From Escherichia phage phiSUSP1, in the sequence record KT454805: a stretch of DNA of 64,000 bases; one strand, given 5' to 3'. This document shows, one piece after another, positions 49,306 through 58,571 of this stretch. Made by a program: the position numbers and the translations under genes. Numbering within the stretch: position 1 is the first letter of the stretch; each line of letters begins with the position of its first letter. The notes under the pieces were generated by a model that was not told the DNA's origin, did not search any database, and saw nothing but the letters and a program-made list of their open reading frames with translations.

Positions 49306-49842
49306 CTAAAATCTTAGGTTGCATTCTTTACTTACCTCTTCAAATTTATTCTCAGCGTCCACAAGTCGTTTCTTATGAACCTTCATTCTCCAATAGGCAG
49401 CAATCATACCAGCAATTGGAAGTACATACAAGAACCAGAGTTCACCAAGTTTCTTCTCGGTCTGATTCAGTGTTAAATCTTGGTTGTAAAAACCCATAAA
49501 GGAGATTACACAAATCATCACAAGGAAGATTCCAAGCATCAGGATAGTTCCAGCCCAACCTCTGGCTTTATACTCACTGCTTGTGCAGTCATTCTTTGCT
49601 TGAACAAGTTCGTTGTAGTCATTAATAAAATCTCGGTAGAATGCTTTCAGATATTCTTTGCTGTAACCTTCAAAGCACCCTGTACCAAACCAATTATCAC
49701 CTCCGAAGTGGGAGATAACACCTGCTTCACCATTTGGCTTAGTAATCTTCAGAGATACATGATGGTTAGACTGCTGAAAAGAAATCACATCACGGCTATC
49801 TTCGTAAATCATTTTGCTACCCTCTCTAAACGAGCATTCCAC
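49306..49842 (-). CDS. membrane protein (two predicted TM helices)
   Basis: GTILMLGIFLVMICVISFMGF and LYVLPIAGMIAAYW hydrophobic helices. Confidence 0.4.
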   Translation of the reverse strand: MECSFREGSKMIYEDSRDVISFQQSNHHVSLKITKPNGEAGVISHFGGDNWFGTGCFEGYSKEYLKAFYRDFINDYNELVQAKNDCTSSEYKARGWAGTILMLGIFLVMICVISFMGFYNQDLTLNQTEKKLGELWFLYVLPIAGMIAAYWRMKVHKKRLVDAENKFEEVSKECNLRF

Positions 49843-50030
49843 TCAATATCCATCAGACGTTTGAAAGTTTTACCTCTTGGTGTAACATGAGGCATCCCAT
49901 CATGCACTGTGCAATACAGAATATCACCTTCAGATTTCTTACCGTAACACTGCTTAGTCTTTTTGGCTTTCCTGTAGGATTCTGTAGCAGCAAGCATCCA
50001 GTACTCACCAAGTGTTGTAAATTTTTTCAT
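49809..50030 (-). CDS. hypothetical small protein
   Basis: 73-aa ORF. Confidence 0.3.
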   Translation of the reverse strand: MKKFTTLGEYWMLAATESYRKAKKTKQCYGKKSEGDILYCTVHDGMPHVTPRGKTFKRLMDIEWNARLERVAK

Positions 50031-50764
50031 TCGTTCACCATAGCGTTGTAGAACTGACGTTGAATTTCTTCAGCAATCTGATGAGGTGTTAAACCAGCTT
50101 TCATCATCATCCTCACGGTGTACTCAATATCTCCGTGTTTTACTACTCTCTCCGTGATAAACGCTGCTTCTCTCACCTCTTCAGCAGATTTTACATCCTC
50201 TTCACATTTACTTGTCAACATTGAATCAAGTTTTGTTTGAGGTGTGAAGTAGTGGTGATGTTGACTGCCTGAAGAGAAAGCTTTGAAGAAGTCTTGGGCT
50301 TTGTCAACAACTACTGAAGCTGCGCCATTAGCATCTGCCTTAGTTGTGAAACGTGCTGTACCATAGTCATGTTTAGGCAGGTCTTCTGCTTTTAGGGCAG
50401 GTGCTTCACATGTATCCTTCGAGATTTCACTTTTATTATCTTGTACAACACTCAGGCTTAACATGAGGGCATCCTTCCATGTACCAGTAAACATGCCTCT
50501 GTGAAAATCATCAGTTGAGTAAACTTGACCAGCATAAATCCTCTGCTCAACATTGTTGACCATGAATGTCATATTTGCTATTGGTTTAAAGTAAACTCTT
50601 CCAGTGTCTGATACAAATGTCACATCTGCATAAACTGTATCAGCACCAGCTATTGAAAATCGAGATGTGTTAGCAACATTGATAGTTATTACATCACCTT
50701 TTTGTACTTTCATTTTACTTTCCTCGCATATGAAAAAGGGACTACCCTTAAGTAGCCCCATCAT
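50027..50764 (-). CDS. hypothetical protein
   Basis: 245-aa ORF; true start may be internal (MKVQKGD). Confidence 0.4.
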   Translation of the reverse strand: MMGLLKGSPFFICEESKMKVQKGDVITINVANTSRFSIAGADTVYADVTFVSDTGRVYFKPIANMTFMVNNVEQRIYAGQVYSTDDFHRGMFTGTWKDALMLSLSVVQDNKSEISKDTCEAPALKAEDLPKHDYGTARFTTKADANGAASVVVDKAQDFFKAFSSGSQHHHYFTPQTKLDSMLTSKCEEDVKSAEEVREAAFITERVVKHGDIEYTVRMMMKAGLTPHQIAEEIQRQFYNAMVNE

Positions 50765-50791
50765 ATAGAAATCTGTATACTGCTGTCAAGA

Positions 50792-51382
50792 TTATTTTTT
50801 AGGCAGTAATGCACTACGCCTGTTTCGTTCGTTCTCAAGCATAGAGATAAAGTCATCTTTAGCACCACGCCAAGGGCTAAACCCAGGAATATGCTCACGA
50901 ATAGCTTCAACTACAGTCTTCAGTGCATTGTTTTTCATCCACCAATCAGGGCTTGAAGCAGCAGTCACGTAGAACTGTGCATCATCTGTCAAAACTGGTT
51001 CAGTAATGCAAGGAGAGGTGTACGTAGTGATAATTGCACCACTATTCATGTAGTATGTACGCTTCAGAACCTTTTCAAGCAGCTTGTGCAGGTCACCAAA
51101 CAGTGAAACTACGTCACGATGGTTAATATCTTTGTCAAGGGTTGCACGATACTTCAAAAGTGCTGCATCAACCTCTTTGTCGTTATACTTGAAGTACTGA
51201 ACTTCTTCGATAACACATGCAGAGATGTTGTTAACGTTCATCGTCACTGTACAAACCTTTGCAGGTGAGTTAACAGTTGGTTGGAATGCTGCAAGAATAC
51301 CTTCAATGTTACCAAAGTGTTGTACAAGGGTAACTTGTGGCATAAACTCTTCTTGATTCTCTGGCTTTACTTCTTCAGACAT
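50792..51382 (-). CDS. hypothetical protein
   Basis: 196-aa ORF. Confidence 0.4.
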   Translation of the reverse strand: MSEEVKPENQEEFMPQVTLVQHFGNIEGILAAFQPTVNSPAKVCTVTMNVNNISACVIEEVQYFKYNDKEVDAALLKYRATLDKDINHRDVVSLFGDLHKLLEKVLKRTYYMNSGAIITTYTSPCITEPVLTDDAQFYVTAASSPDWWMKNNALKTVVEAIREHIPGFSPWRGAKDDFISMLENERNRRSALLPKK

Positions 51383-51819
51383 TATAGTTTCCTCACTAAA
51401 TATTTTTTAAGTTGTGTGTTAGGAGTTTCAAAGACCTCTAAAGAAGAAATCTTGATGTTATCACCACGCATGTTTGTATGGCGGTAAATGTAGTACTCCA
51501 ACATGCCTATGTGTTTTGCTGGAAGGTCATGCTTGACGAAAACTGTTACGCTATCCTCAAACTGTAAGACTCTGACACCATCTTTGTATTTAAACTCTTT
51601 AGGATGCTGGTAATCTCCTAAATCACACATGATAAAGAGCCTTGAACGGTGCTTGTCAACTTGTGAAGTCAAAGCATTCTGCATATCCGCAAAGCTCTTG
51701 TAAACAACAACGTGTAACTTAGTCATCACGGTATTCCCTGACGAAGAAATAGTTAACTTTGTTGCCACCAATAAGTAACTCGAAGCAGGTGTTCTCAAAA
51801 GGTGTCTTTGAGGCATCAT
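51382..51819 (-). CDS. hypothetical protein
   Basis: 145-aa ORF, start uncertain. Confidence 0.35.
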   Translation of the reverse strand: MMPQRHLLRTPASSYLLVATKLTISSSGNTVMTKLHVVVYKSFADMQNALTSQVDKHRSRLFIMCDLGDYQHPKEFKYKDGVRVLQFEDSVTVFVKHDLPAKHIGMLEYYIYRHTNMRGDNIKISSLEVFETPNTQLKKYLVRKL

Positions 51820-52012
51820 ACGTAGTGTACGGTTCAGACACCTGCTTAGTGGTGAGTTTCTTGTTGGCTGGATTTAAGAGGCCACCATAAAGTTTCTTGA
51901 TAGCCTCTTCAACGACACTCCAAGTCATGTCGTCGGTTATTTCTTCGTACAGGTCGAACTCTCGTTCAAGAACAAAGTCACAAATCGGAAAGACAACCTG
52001 TAAACGACTCAT
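51719..52012 (-). CDS. hypothetical protein
   Basis: 97-aa ORF overlapping neighbour; uncertain. Confidence 0.3.
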   Translation of the reverse strand: MSRLQVVFPICDFVLEREFDLYEEITDDMTWSVVEEAIKKLYGGLLNPANKKLTTKQVSEPYTTYDASKTPFENTCFELLIGGNKVNYFFVREYRDD

Positions 52013-52500
52013 TAGCGAATTACCTGTGTGACCTGAATAGCTTCGGTAACAGAAATGTCACCAACTTTTTCTTCAGTGACAAAAGTGAAGGTTAGCTCTA
52101 CAGGCTCCTTCTCAACTTCCAGTTCTACAGGAACACCGTTCAGTTCATCAAAGATTGATTGGGTAGTCCAATCCTCCTGACCATCTGGGTAGTGGATAGC
52201 ATAGAACGGGAACTCTACATCATACCAACCAAATACAGGACATCCATCTGCATCATTGTATCTGTGTTTCAGTACGTTTCCAGTTCTTACAAAACGCAGT
52301 CTCAGACTATTGTCTTGCATAAAAATAACAGCATCTGAGTAACGCTCACCAAAGTCACTGTGTGGTGTTACGTCAACTTTTACAGAAATCTCTTTACTCA
52401 TAATAACCTCTCTCAGCTTTTTCAATCTTGTCCAGAAGCTTGATGCACTGGTTGTTGTGGTAGTTAGCCTCACCCTGATGCAAAGCTTTCTGCTTCTCAA
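52012..52500 (-). CDS. hypothetical protein
   Basis: 162-aa ORF, start uncertain. Confidence 0.35.
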   Translation of the reverse strand: MRSRKLCIRVRLTTTTTSASSFWTRLKKLREVIMSKEISVKVDVTPHSDFGERYSDAVIFMQDNSLRLRFVRTGNVLKHRYNDADGCPVFGWYDVEFPFYAIHYPDGQEDWTTQSIFDELNGVPVELEVEKEPVELTFTFVTEEKVGDISVTEAIQVTQVIR

Positions 52501-52792
52501 GTAGGCTTTTATAGTAACCGGAAAGCTGCTCTCTTGTCAAGGGGTGTTCTGAAATAATGTCTAAACCATTCTCACCAAGTGGACTGAACATACCTTCACC
52601 ATCCACGTTGTACATACTTCCTACATAGAAAGCGTTGTTAGCAATCGTGATAGGCGAACGTTCAATCACTTCTATGATAAACTTTGTATAAACCTTCTCA
52701 CCCAACGTTACAATCTTGCTTCCACTGATACGAACCTTCATACCACTACGGGTGTATTTGAAAGTCCCAACATCACTAGCCCAAATCTTCAT
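52394..52792 (-). CDS. hypothetical protein
   Basis: start moved to MKIW ATG with GGAG RBS, downstream of terminator 52810-52832. Confidence 0.35.
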   Translation of the reverse strand: MKIWASDVGTFKYTRSGMKVRISGSKIVTLGEKVYTKFIIEVIERSPITIANNAFYVGSMYNVDGEGMFSPLGENGLDIISEHPLTREQLSGYYKSLLEKQKALHQGEANYHNNQCIKLLDKIEKAERGYYE

Positions 52793-52809
52793 AGTTTTCT
52801 CCATAGAAA

Positions 52810-52832
52810 TAAAAAGGCTCCCGAAGGAGCCT
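52810..52832 (-). terminator. rho-independent terminator
   Basis: minus-strand reading GGCTCC-TTCG-GGAGCC followed by TTTTT, after endolysin stop. Confidence 0.6.
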
Positions 52833-52841
52833 CTAAATCTA

Positions 52842-53306
52842 CTATTTCGGATAAACAGCGTCAAGGTAAATTTTTGCTTCTAAACTACGTCTATTTTTCA
52901 GACCCTTAGAAACTTCTTTCTTACCGTTGACTGTTACCTTGTTCCACCACTGCATAGCTTCAGCACAACCAGCCTTATTACCAGCATTGTGACGCTTGAT
53001 GAAAGTGGAATCTCTCATAGCTGTGATGCCAATGTTGTAAGTTTCTACAACGAGAGCATCAAACTCATTTTGGGAAGTTGGAACCTTGATAGCTTTGTTC
53101 ACCGCACCAACATAGCTTTCAACATCTGCAAGCAGATACTGTTCAGCTTGTTCAGAAGTAATCTTCATACCCATCGTAACAGGTTTACCACCAATACGGA
53201 TTGTCCCGTACCCAATTGTTGGGATTCCAGCAGAGTCTTTATAGGCTTCTAGACGAAGCCCTTCAAAAAACTTAATTGCTGCAAGCCCCTTATCAGAGAG
53301 TTGCAT
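52842..53306 (-). CDS. endolysin (GH24 phage lysozyme)
   Basis: FEGLRLEAYKDSAGIPTIGYG matches T4-type lysozyme [20 protein letters not shown]. Confidence 0.85.
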   Translation of the reverse strand: MQLSDKGLAAIKFFEGLRLEAYKDSAGIPTIGYGTIRIGGKPVTMGMKITSEQAEQYLLADVESYVGAVNKAIKVPTSQNEFDALVVETYNIGITAMRDSTFIKRHNAGNKAGCAEAMQWWNKVTVNGKKEVSKGLKNRRSLEAKIYLDAVYPK

Positions 53307-53308
53307 TA

Positions 53309-54193
53309 TTAACCTCCTACTTCGTTAACCACAACAGTAGCTGCATTAGAAGTCACAGAACCACCTGCACCAGTAACTACACAAGTGTATGTTCCGGCAT
53401 CATCAGCAGTTGTTGCATCCTCTTTTGTGTAAGTCGCTGAAGTTGCTCCAGAGATGTTATCAGCACCTTTCTTCCACTGGTAACCAGTTGCTCCAGTAGC
53501 CACGATGCTCAACTCAAGAGTGTCACCTTCAGTGATTTCAACGTTTTGCGGCTGCGTAGTGATTACTGGCAAAGCATTCACTGTCACAGTTGCAGCATTT
53601 GACGTTACAGTTGCACCACCTTCACCAGTTACTACGCAGGTGTAAGAACCAGCATCAGCAGGTACTACATTTGATTTGGTGTAAGTTGCAGATATTGCAC
53701 CGGAGATGTTACTTGCGCCTTTCTTCCACTGATAACCCGTAGCACCAGTTGCAACAATACTCAGAGTCAGCGTTCCACCCTCATTAACGGTCTGGTTAGT
53801 TGGCTGTGTAGTAATCACTGGAGGAACTACAGAATCTTTCAGTTTTGCGTTGAGCATTGAGAAAGGTTTAACTCTTGCAAGCCATTCACAGTAAACGGTG
53901 TCAACATCTTTACCGTTGATGATTGCATACTGCAAATCCATGAAGAAATCAGCAGTTCTCATTTGAGCACCAACGCTGTAAAGAAGTTCTGAACTGAATG
54001 GGACTGTGTAGGCTGGCTCATAAGCAAAGTTGGTAACCTCTGCAATATCTGCTTCAGGCCAAGGTGAACTGTAAGTCAGTGGGAGAATAGCTTCCTGATA
54101 TGTTCTGAAGTCATATCTTTTACCAGCTTTAACGTTCGCAATAAAACCTTTAACGAACTCTTTAAAATCTGGATATGTTTTTGCCTTAATCAT
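53309..54193 (-). CDS. Ig-like domain protein (possible virion decoration/adhesion)
   Basis: two tandem ~80-aa repeats (VITTQP...GATGYQWKKGA...YTCVVTG...VTSNAATVTVN); N-domain paralogous to ORF 54186..54560. Confidence 0.55.
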   Translation of the reverse strand: MIKAKTYPDFKEFVKGFIANVKAGKRYDFRTYQEAILPLTYSSPWPEADIAEVTNFAYEPAYTVPFSSELLYSVGAQMRTADFFMDLQYAIINGKDVDTVYCEWLARVKPFSMLNAKLKDSVVPPVITTQPTNQTVNEGGTLTLSIVATGATGYQWKKGASNISGAISATYTKSNVVPADAGSYTCVVTGEGGATVTSNAATVTVNALPVITTQPQNVEITEGDTLELSIVATGATGYQWKKGADNISGATSATYTKEDATTADDAGTYTCVVTGAGGSVTSNAATVVVNEVGG

Positions 54194-54560
54194 TTTTATT
54201 AGCCTCTAATCTTGCATTTAATCTAAAGTAGCCTTTGTGTTGCGGAGAAACATCACCAAGAACTACACCTTCAATTTTATATCCCTTACCCATCACATAC
54301 TGAATATCCATCAGGAAAGTACCCAGACCAACAATGTGAAACATTGGGTAGAGTAATTCTTCAGAATCTGGTAGGTCAATTTTAGGAGTGTATTTGAAGG
54401 TTGCAGTGGTTGGTGGGATATCCGTTTCAGGCCATTGACTAGTACGCCACGTTAAAGGAGTTGGGAGAACATCATCAAGATTATATCTCTCACCTTCTTC
54501 AATTGTTTGTACATAGGATTGTAGGAAGCAGTAAAAGTCTTTTCCACTCTTCGCCTTCAT
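54186..54560 (-). CDS. paralog of Ig-like protein N-terminal domain
   Basis: FLMDIQYVMGKG and ELLYPMF align with FFMDLQYAIINGK and ELLYSV of neighbour. Confidence 0.45.
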   Translation of the reverse strand: MKAKSGKDFYCFLQSYVQTIEEGERYNLDDVLPTPLTWRTSQWPETDIPPTTATFKYTPKIDLPDSEELLYPMFHIVGLGTFLMDIQYVMGKGYKIEGVVLGDVSPQHKGYFRLNARLEANKND

Positions 54561-54579
54561 TATCTATCCTTAAATAATT

Positions 54580-54598
54580 AAAAAGGGGCTTTCGCCCC
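54580..54598 (-). terminator. rho-independent terminator
   Basis: minus-strand reading GGGGCG-AAAG-CCCC followed by TTTTT. Confidence 0.55.
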
Positions 54599-54605
54599 GA
54601 AGTAC

Positions 54606-55196
54606 TTAAGCTTTAGTCTTAAGCAGGTTTTTAAGCTTTTTGAGATTCATAGTCTCATCAAACTTAAAGCCGAATCCATTGACGTATTCAATGAACTCAG
54701 ATTTCTTACTCAAAGCAAGTGCGTAATCCATGTCGAAATCATTGCTTGGAGTTGCGTCTGGTGTAGTGTTCACATCAAACGAGATATCTGTAGGTGTCAG
54801 GTCACCACTTCTCATGTTGTCCACAAGAACGCATGTGTAGTTTGCTGGATAGAATGATACAGAGCCATCAACATAAGTGTACTTGTCATTGTGGATAAGA
54901 TTTGAGAAGACCTTCAGGAAGGTTTCAGCGTCGTGACAGACAAGTTTAAACTTACTTTCTGCACCAAGAGCCATTAAGGAGTATGGACATTCTTCGCTTA
55001 GGTCGTATGAAGGGTTCACATTACATACCGTCACACGCATCAGGTTATTTGCAATTGTCTTCTGTTTAAAAGTGTCAGGTACGTAGTGCATACCTCTTCC
55101 ACACTGATTAACCAACTCTTTTAAGAGGTCATTTGCATAAGGTGAAGTGACGGATACAGAACCATCACTATTATAATTAAAACTTACGGTTAACAT
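54606..55196 (-). CDS. hypothetical protein
   Basis: 196-aa ORF. Confidence 0.4.
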   Translation of the reverse strand: MLTVSFNYNSDGSVSVTSPYANDLLKELVNQCGRGMHYVPDTFKQKTIANNLMRVTVCNVNPSYDLSEECPYSLMALGAESKFKLVCHDAETFLKVFSNLIHNDKYTYVDGSVSFYPANYTCVLVDNMRSGDLTPTDISFDVNTTPDATPSNDFDMDYALALSKKSEFIEYVNGFGFKFDETMNLKKLKNLLKTKA

Positions 55197-55423
55197 TTAT
55201 CAGTTCTCCTACGATTTATAATTTTGCTGCAATAGAGAAACGAAGCAAACTCACTGGAAGAAACCATTAAATGCTGTTCACTAGATTGAGCTACAGCCCT
55301 GAAATACATTCCAGTTAGAGCATCATAGTGACTATTCTTCCCAATAGAAGTTATATAGCCATGATTCTTTGCAGTCTGATACAACTCAATAATATCTGTG
55401 ATTTCTAATTGTGAACTACACAT
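55190..55423 (-). CDS. hypothetical small protein
   Basis: 77-aa ORF, first gene of minus-strand block. Confidence 0.35.
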   Translation of the reverse strand: MCSSQLEITDIIELYQTAKNHGYITSIGKNSHYDALTGMYFRAVAQSSEQHLMVSSSEFASFLYCSKIINRRRTDKC

Positions 55424-55814
55424 AAATAATCCTCTTGTCTTCTGTAATTTTGAAAGAACAGGTACAGACCAATTTCAGAGGACGAATAGTAGATTGATTC
55501 TACCCTTTTTGATTCCTTACAGTGATTGGTATTATTACCTTTCTTCGGTTTATTAGATTTTCTCATTAAGTCTCCTTTGTAGATAAAGGCAGACCTACAG
55601 CTTTAAGTAAGATGGTACAGTAATCCATACAACAAGTCAAGAACTATTGCAACTGAAAAAAGTTGTTGACAAATGACTTGACAAGCTGTAGCCTAATAAA
55701 ACACTTAGAAGATTACTTAAAAGACTCTTCTAAAAAGGCTATTTAAACAGATATCTTTCTGGATATCTATCTCTTATCTTAAAAGCCTTTTAAGAAGTCT
55801 TAGAAGGAGACTGA

Positions 55815-56186
55815 ATGACAAAACGTACAAACAAAGGCCAATTCAAGAAAGGCCAGTCTGGTAACCCATCTGGAAGACCAAAAGGTTCACGTAACAAGAG
55901 TTCTCTTGTAAAAGCCCAATTAACCATTGACAACTCAGCAGAGTATGCTGCAAAGTTGTTTGAGGCAATTGTTACCAGAGACCCTGTAAAACTTGCAGAG
56001 TTTGGACTTTCACCAAATGATGTTCAGATTAAATCCATGATGGAAGCTGGTAAGGTCATCATGACCCACTCAGCAGGTGAGATGAAAGCCATCGCTGGAG
56101 ACACTAAGAAGGGTGATGATAAGGGTGGAGACAAACCACAAGAGAACAAACCAACGTTCTCTGCTGTAGCGGCTCTGAAAAAATAA
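55815..56186 (+). CDS. hypothetical protein with GNPSGRPKG motif
   Basis: KKGQSGNPSGRPKGSRNK basic Gly-rich N-terminus. Confidence 0.4.
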   Translation: MTKRTNKGQFKKGQSGNPSGRPKGSRNKSSLVKAQLTIDNSAEYAAKLFEAIVTRDPVKLAEFGLSPNDVQIKSMMEAGKVIMTHSAGEMKAIAGDTKKGDDKGGDKPQENKPTFSAVAALKK

Positions 56187-56266
56187 TTTAAAAGATGTTG
56201 ACAGGCTCTACGAAGATGTTCTAAAGTCTGTCACATCAAACAACAAATGAGAGAAGAGAGTAAAAT

Positions 56267-57682
56267 ATGAGCGATTTATTTAAACATTCGCACCTCCATG
56301 CAGGGCGAACTGAAAATGGTGCTGTTAACCATACATCATCAATGTCTGCCTTGGTAGACTTCTATAAAGCTGCTGGCTCAAGCCGTGGCAATGTAGAGAT
56401 TCTCCCAGACTTGTTCTACAAAGCTTTGCGTGAGGATGTTGATGTAGCAGTTCGTATTTTACTGCATATGCGAGATGTACGAGAAGGTATGGGTGAGCGT
56501 AAAGCTTTCCGAACTGTCCTCTTACAAGCAATCGAAGATAACATTCTGGATTCTTTCCAAGTTCTTCGTATCATGGATAAGATTTCTGAATTAGGTCGTT
56601 TCGATGACTTCAAAATCTTCGTAGGTACTCGTTATGAGACAGATGCTTTCAAGCATTTAGAAGCAGCCTTGTTAGACCCTGATACAGCAGGTTTAGCAGC
56701 TAAGTGGTTACCACGAGTAAAACCACGCCACAAAAAGTTTGTAAAACGTTTCTGTAAGTTTGCAAACTTGAGTGAGAAAGAATACCGTACACTGTTATCA
56801 GCTTTGTCTGATACCGTTGAACAGAAAATCTCTACAAATAACTTTGGTGAGATTGACTACAGCAAGATTCCTTCACTGGCTGCTGCACGTTACCAAAAAC
56901 TGTTCAGCAAGAAAGACGGTGAACGTTATACAGCTTACGTTGAAGCTTTATCCAAAGGTGAGGCCAAGATTAATGCTGGTGCTGTGTACCCATACGATAT
57001 TCTGAAGTCCGTTAATCATGGTAAAGCAAGTGTTGCAAACGAACAGTGGAAAGCATTACCAAACTGGATGGCAGAAGGTGAAAACATTCTGTGCATGTCA
57101 GATGTATCAGCGTCTATGACTTGGCAGACATTTGGTTCTGTAACTGCTCTTGATATTGGCCTGTCTTTGGCGTTATATGTCTCAGAACGCAATACAGGGT
57201 GCTTTAAAGATGAGTTAATGGTTTACTCCACAAGACCTCACTTTATCACTCTGAGTGGTGATTTACAGACTCGTATGCGTCAAGTAATGAGTCATGTTGA
57301 GTATGGTTCAACAAACCTGCAAGCAGCATTTGACCGTATTCTTGAAATTGGTGTAAGAAATGGCTTGACTCAGGTAGCAATGCCAAGTAAGCTTATTATC
57401 TTCTCTGATATGGAGTTCAATCAGGTTGACGGTGCAAATGGTTGTACAAACTTCGAAGCAATTCGTAGTAAGTACGAAAAAGCTGGATACGAAATGCCAC
57501 AACTGGTATTCTGGTACTTAGCAAACCGTAATGGTACTTGCGAAGTGTCTGTTAAGGATAATGGTGTAGCAATGGTATCAGGTTTCTCTCCAGCCACTTT
57601 AAAAGCTCTGCTTGGTGGTGAGAAGTTTGACCCAATCAGCGTAATGCTCAAAGCAGTAATGATTGACCGTTACATCTGGTAA
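56267..57682 (+). CDS. Ro60-like protein (TROVE-like N-domain plus vWA domain with MIDAS)
   Basis: AVYPYDILKSVNHG, CMSDVSASM, LIIFSDMEFN, VSGFSPATLKAL align with human Ro60 RIHPFHILIALETY, AVDVSASM, FIVFTDNETF, MCGFDTGALDVI. Confidence 0.7.
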   Translation: MSDLFKHSHLHAGRTENGAVNHTSSMSALVDFYKAAGSSRGNVEILPDLFYKALREDVDVAVRILLHMRDVREGMGERKAFRTVLLQAIEDNILDSFQVLRIMDKISELGRFDDFKIFVGTRYETDAFKHLEAALLDPDTAGLAAKWLPRVKPRHKKFVKRFCKFANLSEKEYRTLLSALSDTVEQKISTNNFGEIDYSKIPSLAAARYQKLFSKKDGERYTAYVEALSKGEAKINAGAVYPYDILKSVNHGKASVANEQWKALPNWMAEGENILCMSDVSASMTWQTFGSVTALDIGLSLALYVSERNTGCFKDELMVYSTRPHFITLSGDLQTRMRQVMSHVEYGSTNLQAAFDRILEIGVRNGLTQVAMPSKLIIFSDMEFNQVDGANGCTNFEAIRSKYEKAGYEMPQLVFWYLANRNGTCEVSVKDNGVAMVSGFSPATLKALLGGEKFDPISVMLKAVMIDRYIW

Positions 57683-57699
57683 AAAGTTTTAAAAAGGGT

Positions 57700-57728
57700 A
57701 TTGACAATCTGCTCGATACCCTTTAATA
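57700..57728 (+). promoter_or_regulatory. sigma70-like promoter for tRNA cluster
   Basis: TTGACA-N17-TAATAT; -35 flanked by inverted repeat AAGGGTAT...ATACCCTT. Confidence 0.6.
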
Positions 57729-57848
57729 TGTTCTACATAGAAACGAAATCGAGAGTTTTTCTAAGATACTGAAAAATATTTTAAAAAAGTTCTTGACAAC
57801 CACTAAAAAATAATGTTAAAGTGGTTACATAGAGTTTGAAAAGATTAT

Positions 57849-57925
57849 CTCCGTTTAGCTCAGTTTGGTAGAGTGCGCCGTTTGGGGCGGTGAGGTCGAA
57901 GGTTCAATCCCTTCAACGGAGACCA
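57849..57925 (+). tRNA. tRNA-Pro (anticodon TGG)
   Basis: acceptor CTCCGTT/AACGGAG, T-arm GGTTCAATCC, loop TTTGGGG; CCA encoded. Confidence 0.75.
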
Positions 57926-57932
57926 AATTAAT

Positions 57933-58010
57933 GTTCCAGTAGACAAATTGGTAAAGTCACCACACTTTCAATGTGGAGTTTTGAGGGTTCAAGTCCCTTC
58001 TGGAACGCCA
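57933..58010 (+). tRNA. tRNA-Glu (anticodon TTC)
   Basis: acceptor GTTCCAG/CTGGAAC, T-arm GAGGGTTCAAGTCCCTT, loop CTTTCAA. Confidence 0.75.
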
Positions 58011-58017
58011 AATTTGA

Positions 58018-58082
58018 CAGAAGACCAAGTACAGCAAATAACTTTACTTTTCGCGCATAGAAAACTTAAAAGTTTGGTCTGG
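58018..58082 (+). ncRNA. inverted-repeat-bounded inter-tRNA element E1
   Basis: CAGAAGACCAA...TTGGTCTGG, 7-bp closing stem AGACCAA/TTGGTCT. Confidence 0.4.
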
Positions 58083-58093
58083 TCATAAAAGTT

Positions 58094-58170
58094 CGCGGGT
58101 ATAGAGAAAGGGCGTCTCACATGTCTCATTAGCATGGTATCGGCAGGTTCGACTCCTGCACCCGCCTCCA
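58094..58170 (+). tRNA. tRNA-Met/Ile2 (anticodon CAT)
   Basis: T-arm GCAGGTTCGACTCCTGC, loop CTCATTA, 3' ACCCGCC-T-CCA; 5' boundary uncertain. Confidence 0.6.
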
Positions 58171-58176
58171 AATTTG

Positions 58177-58239
58177 CAGAAGACCGTTTACAGCAATCTC
58201 AAAAATTTTTATCGGAAAAAATGAAAAGATACGGTCTGG
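58177..58239 (+). ncRNA. inverted-repeat-bounded inter-tRNA element E2
   Basis: CAGAAGACCGT...ACGGTCTGG, 7-bp closing stem. Confidence 0.4.
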
Positions 58240-58252
58240 CAATACTAAACAT

Positions 58253-58329
58253 GGTGAGGAAGCACATAAGGCATGTGCGGTCGGCTGTTAACCGAATGGT
58301 ATAGGGTTCGAATCCCTAACTCACCGCCA
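58253..58329 (+). tRNA. tRNA-Asn (anticodon GTT)
   Basis: D-arm GCAC-ATAAGGCAT-GTGC, loop CTGTTAA, T-arm TAGGGTTCGAATCCCTA, CCA encoded. Confidence 0.75.
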
Positions 58330-58399
58330 AGATTTGGGAGAGAAGCGTAATGCTCACCGATTTGTAAGGTGTAAGTCCTTAGCCTGAATAGAATAAAAT

Positions 58400-58487
58400 G
58401 CGTCGTTATCCCGTAGATGGAAGCGGTGGTGACTGTAAATCACTTGTCATTATGACTCGGTAGGTTCGACTCCTTCACGGCGCACCA
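58400..58487 (+). tRNA. tRNA-Tyr (anticodon GTA), class II
   Basis: 88 nt with long variable arm; loop CTGTAAA; acceptor GCGTCGT/ACGGCGC. Confidence 0.7.
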
Positions 58488-58493
58488 AATAAA

Positions 58494-58571
58494 GGTTATG
58501 TAGTTTAATCTGGTTAAAATACCTCACTGTCACTGAGGAAGATGAGGGTTCAAATCCCTTCGTAACCGCCA
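58494..58571 (+). tRNA. tRNA-Asp (anticodon GTC)
   Basis: anticodon arm CCTCA-CTGTCAC-TGAGG; T-arm GAGGGTTCAAATCCCTT. Confidence 0.75.

Noticed and set aside
58330-58399. Possible additional tRNA between tRNA-Asn and tRNA-Tyr
   Set aside because: No T-loop motif or pairable acceptor strands found.
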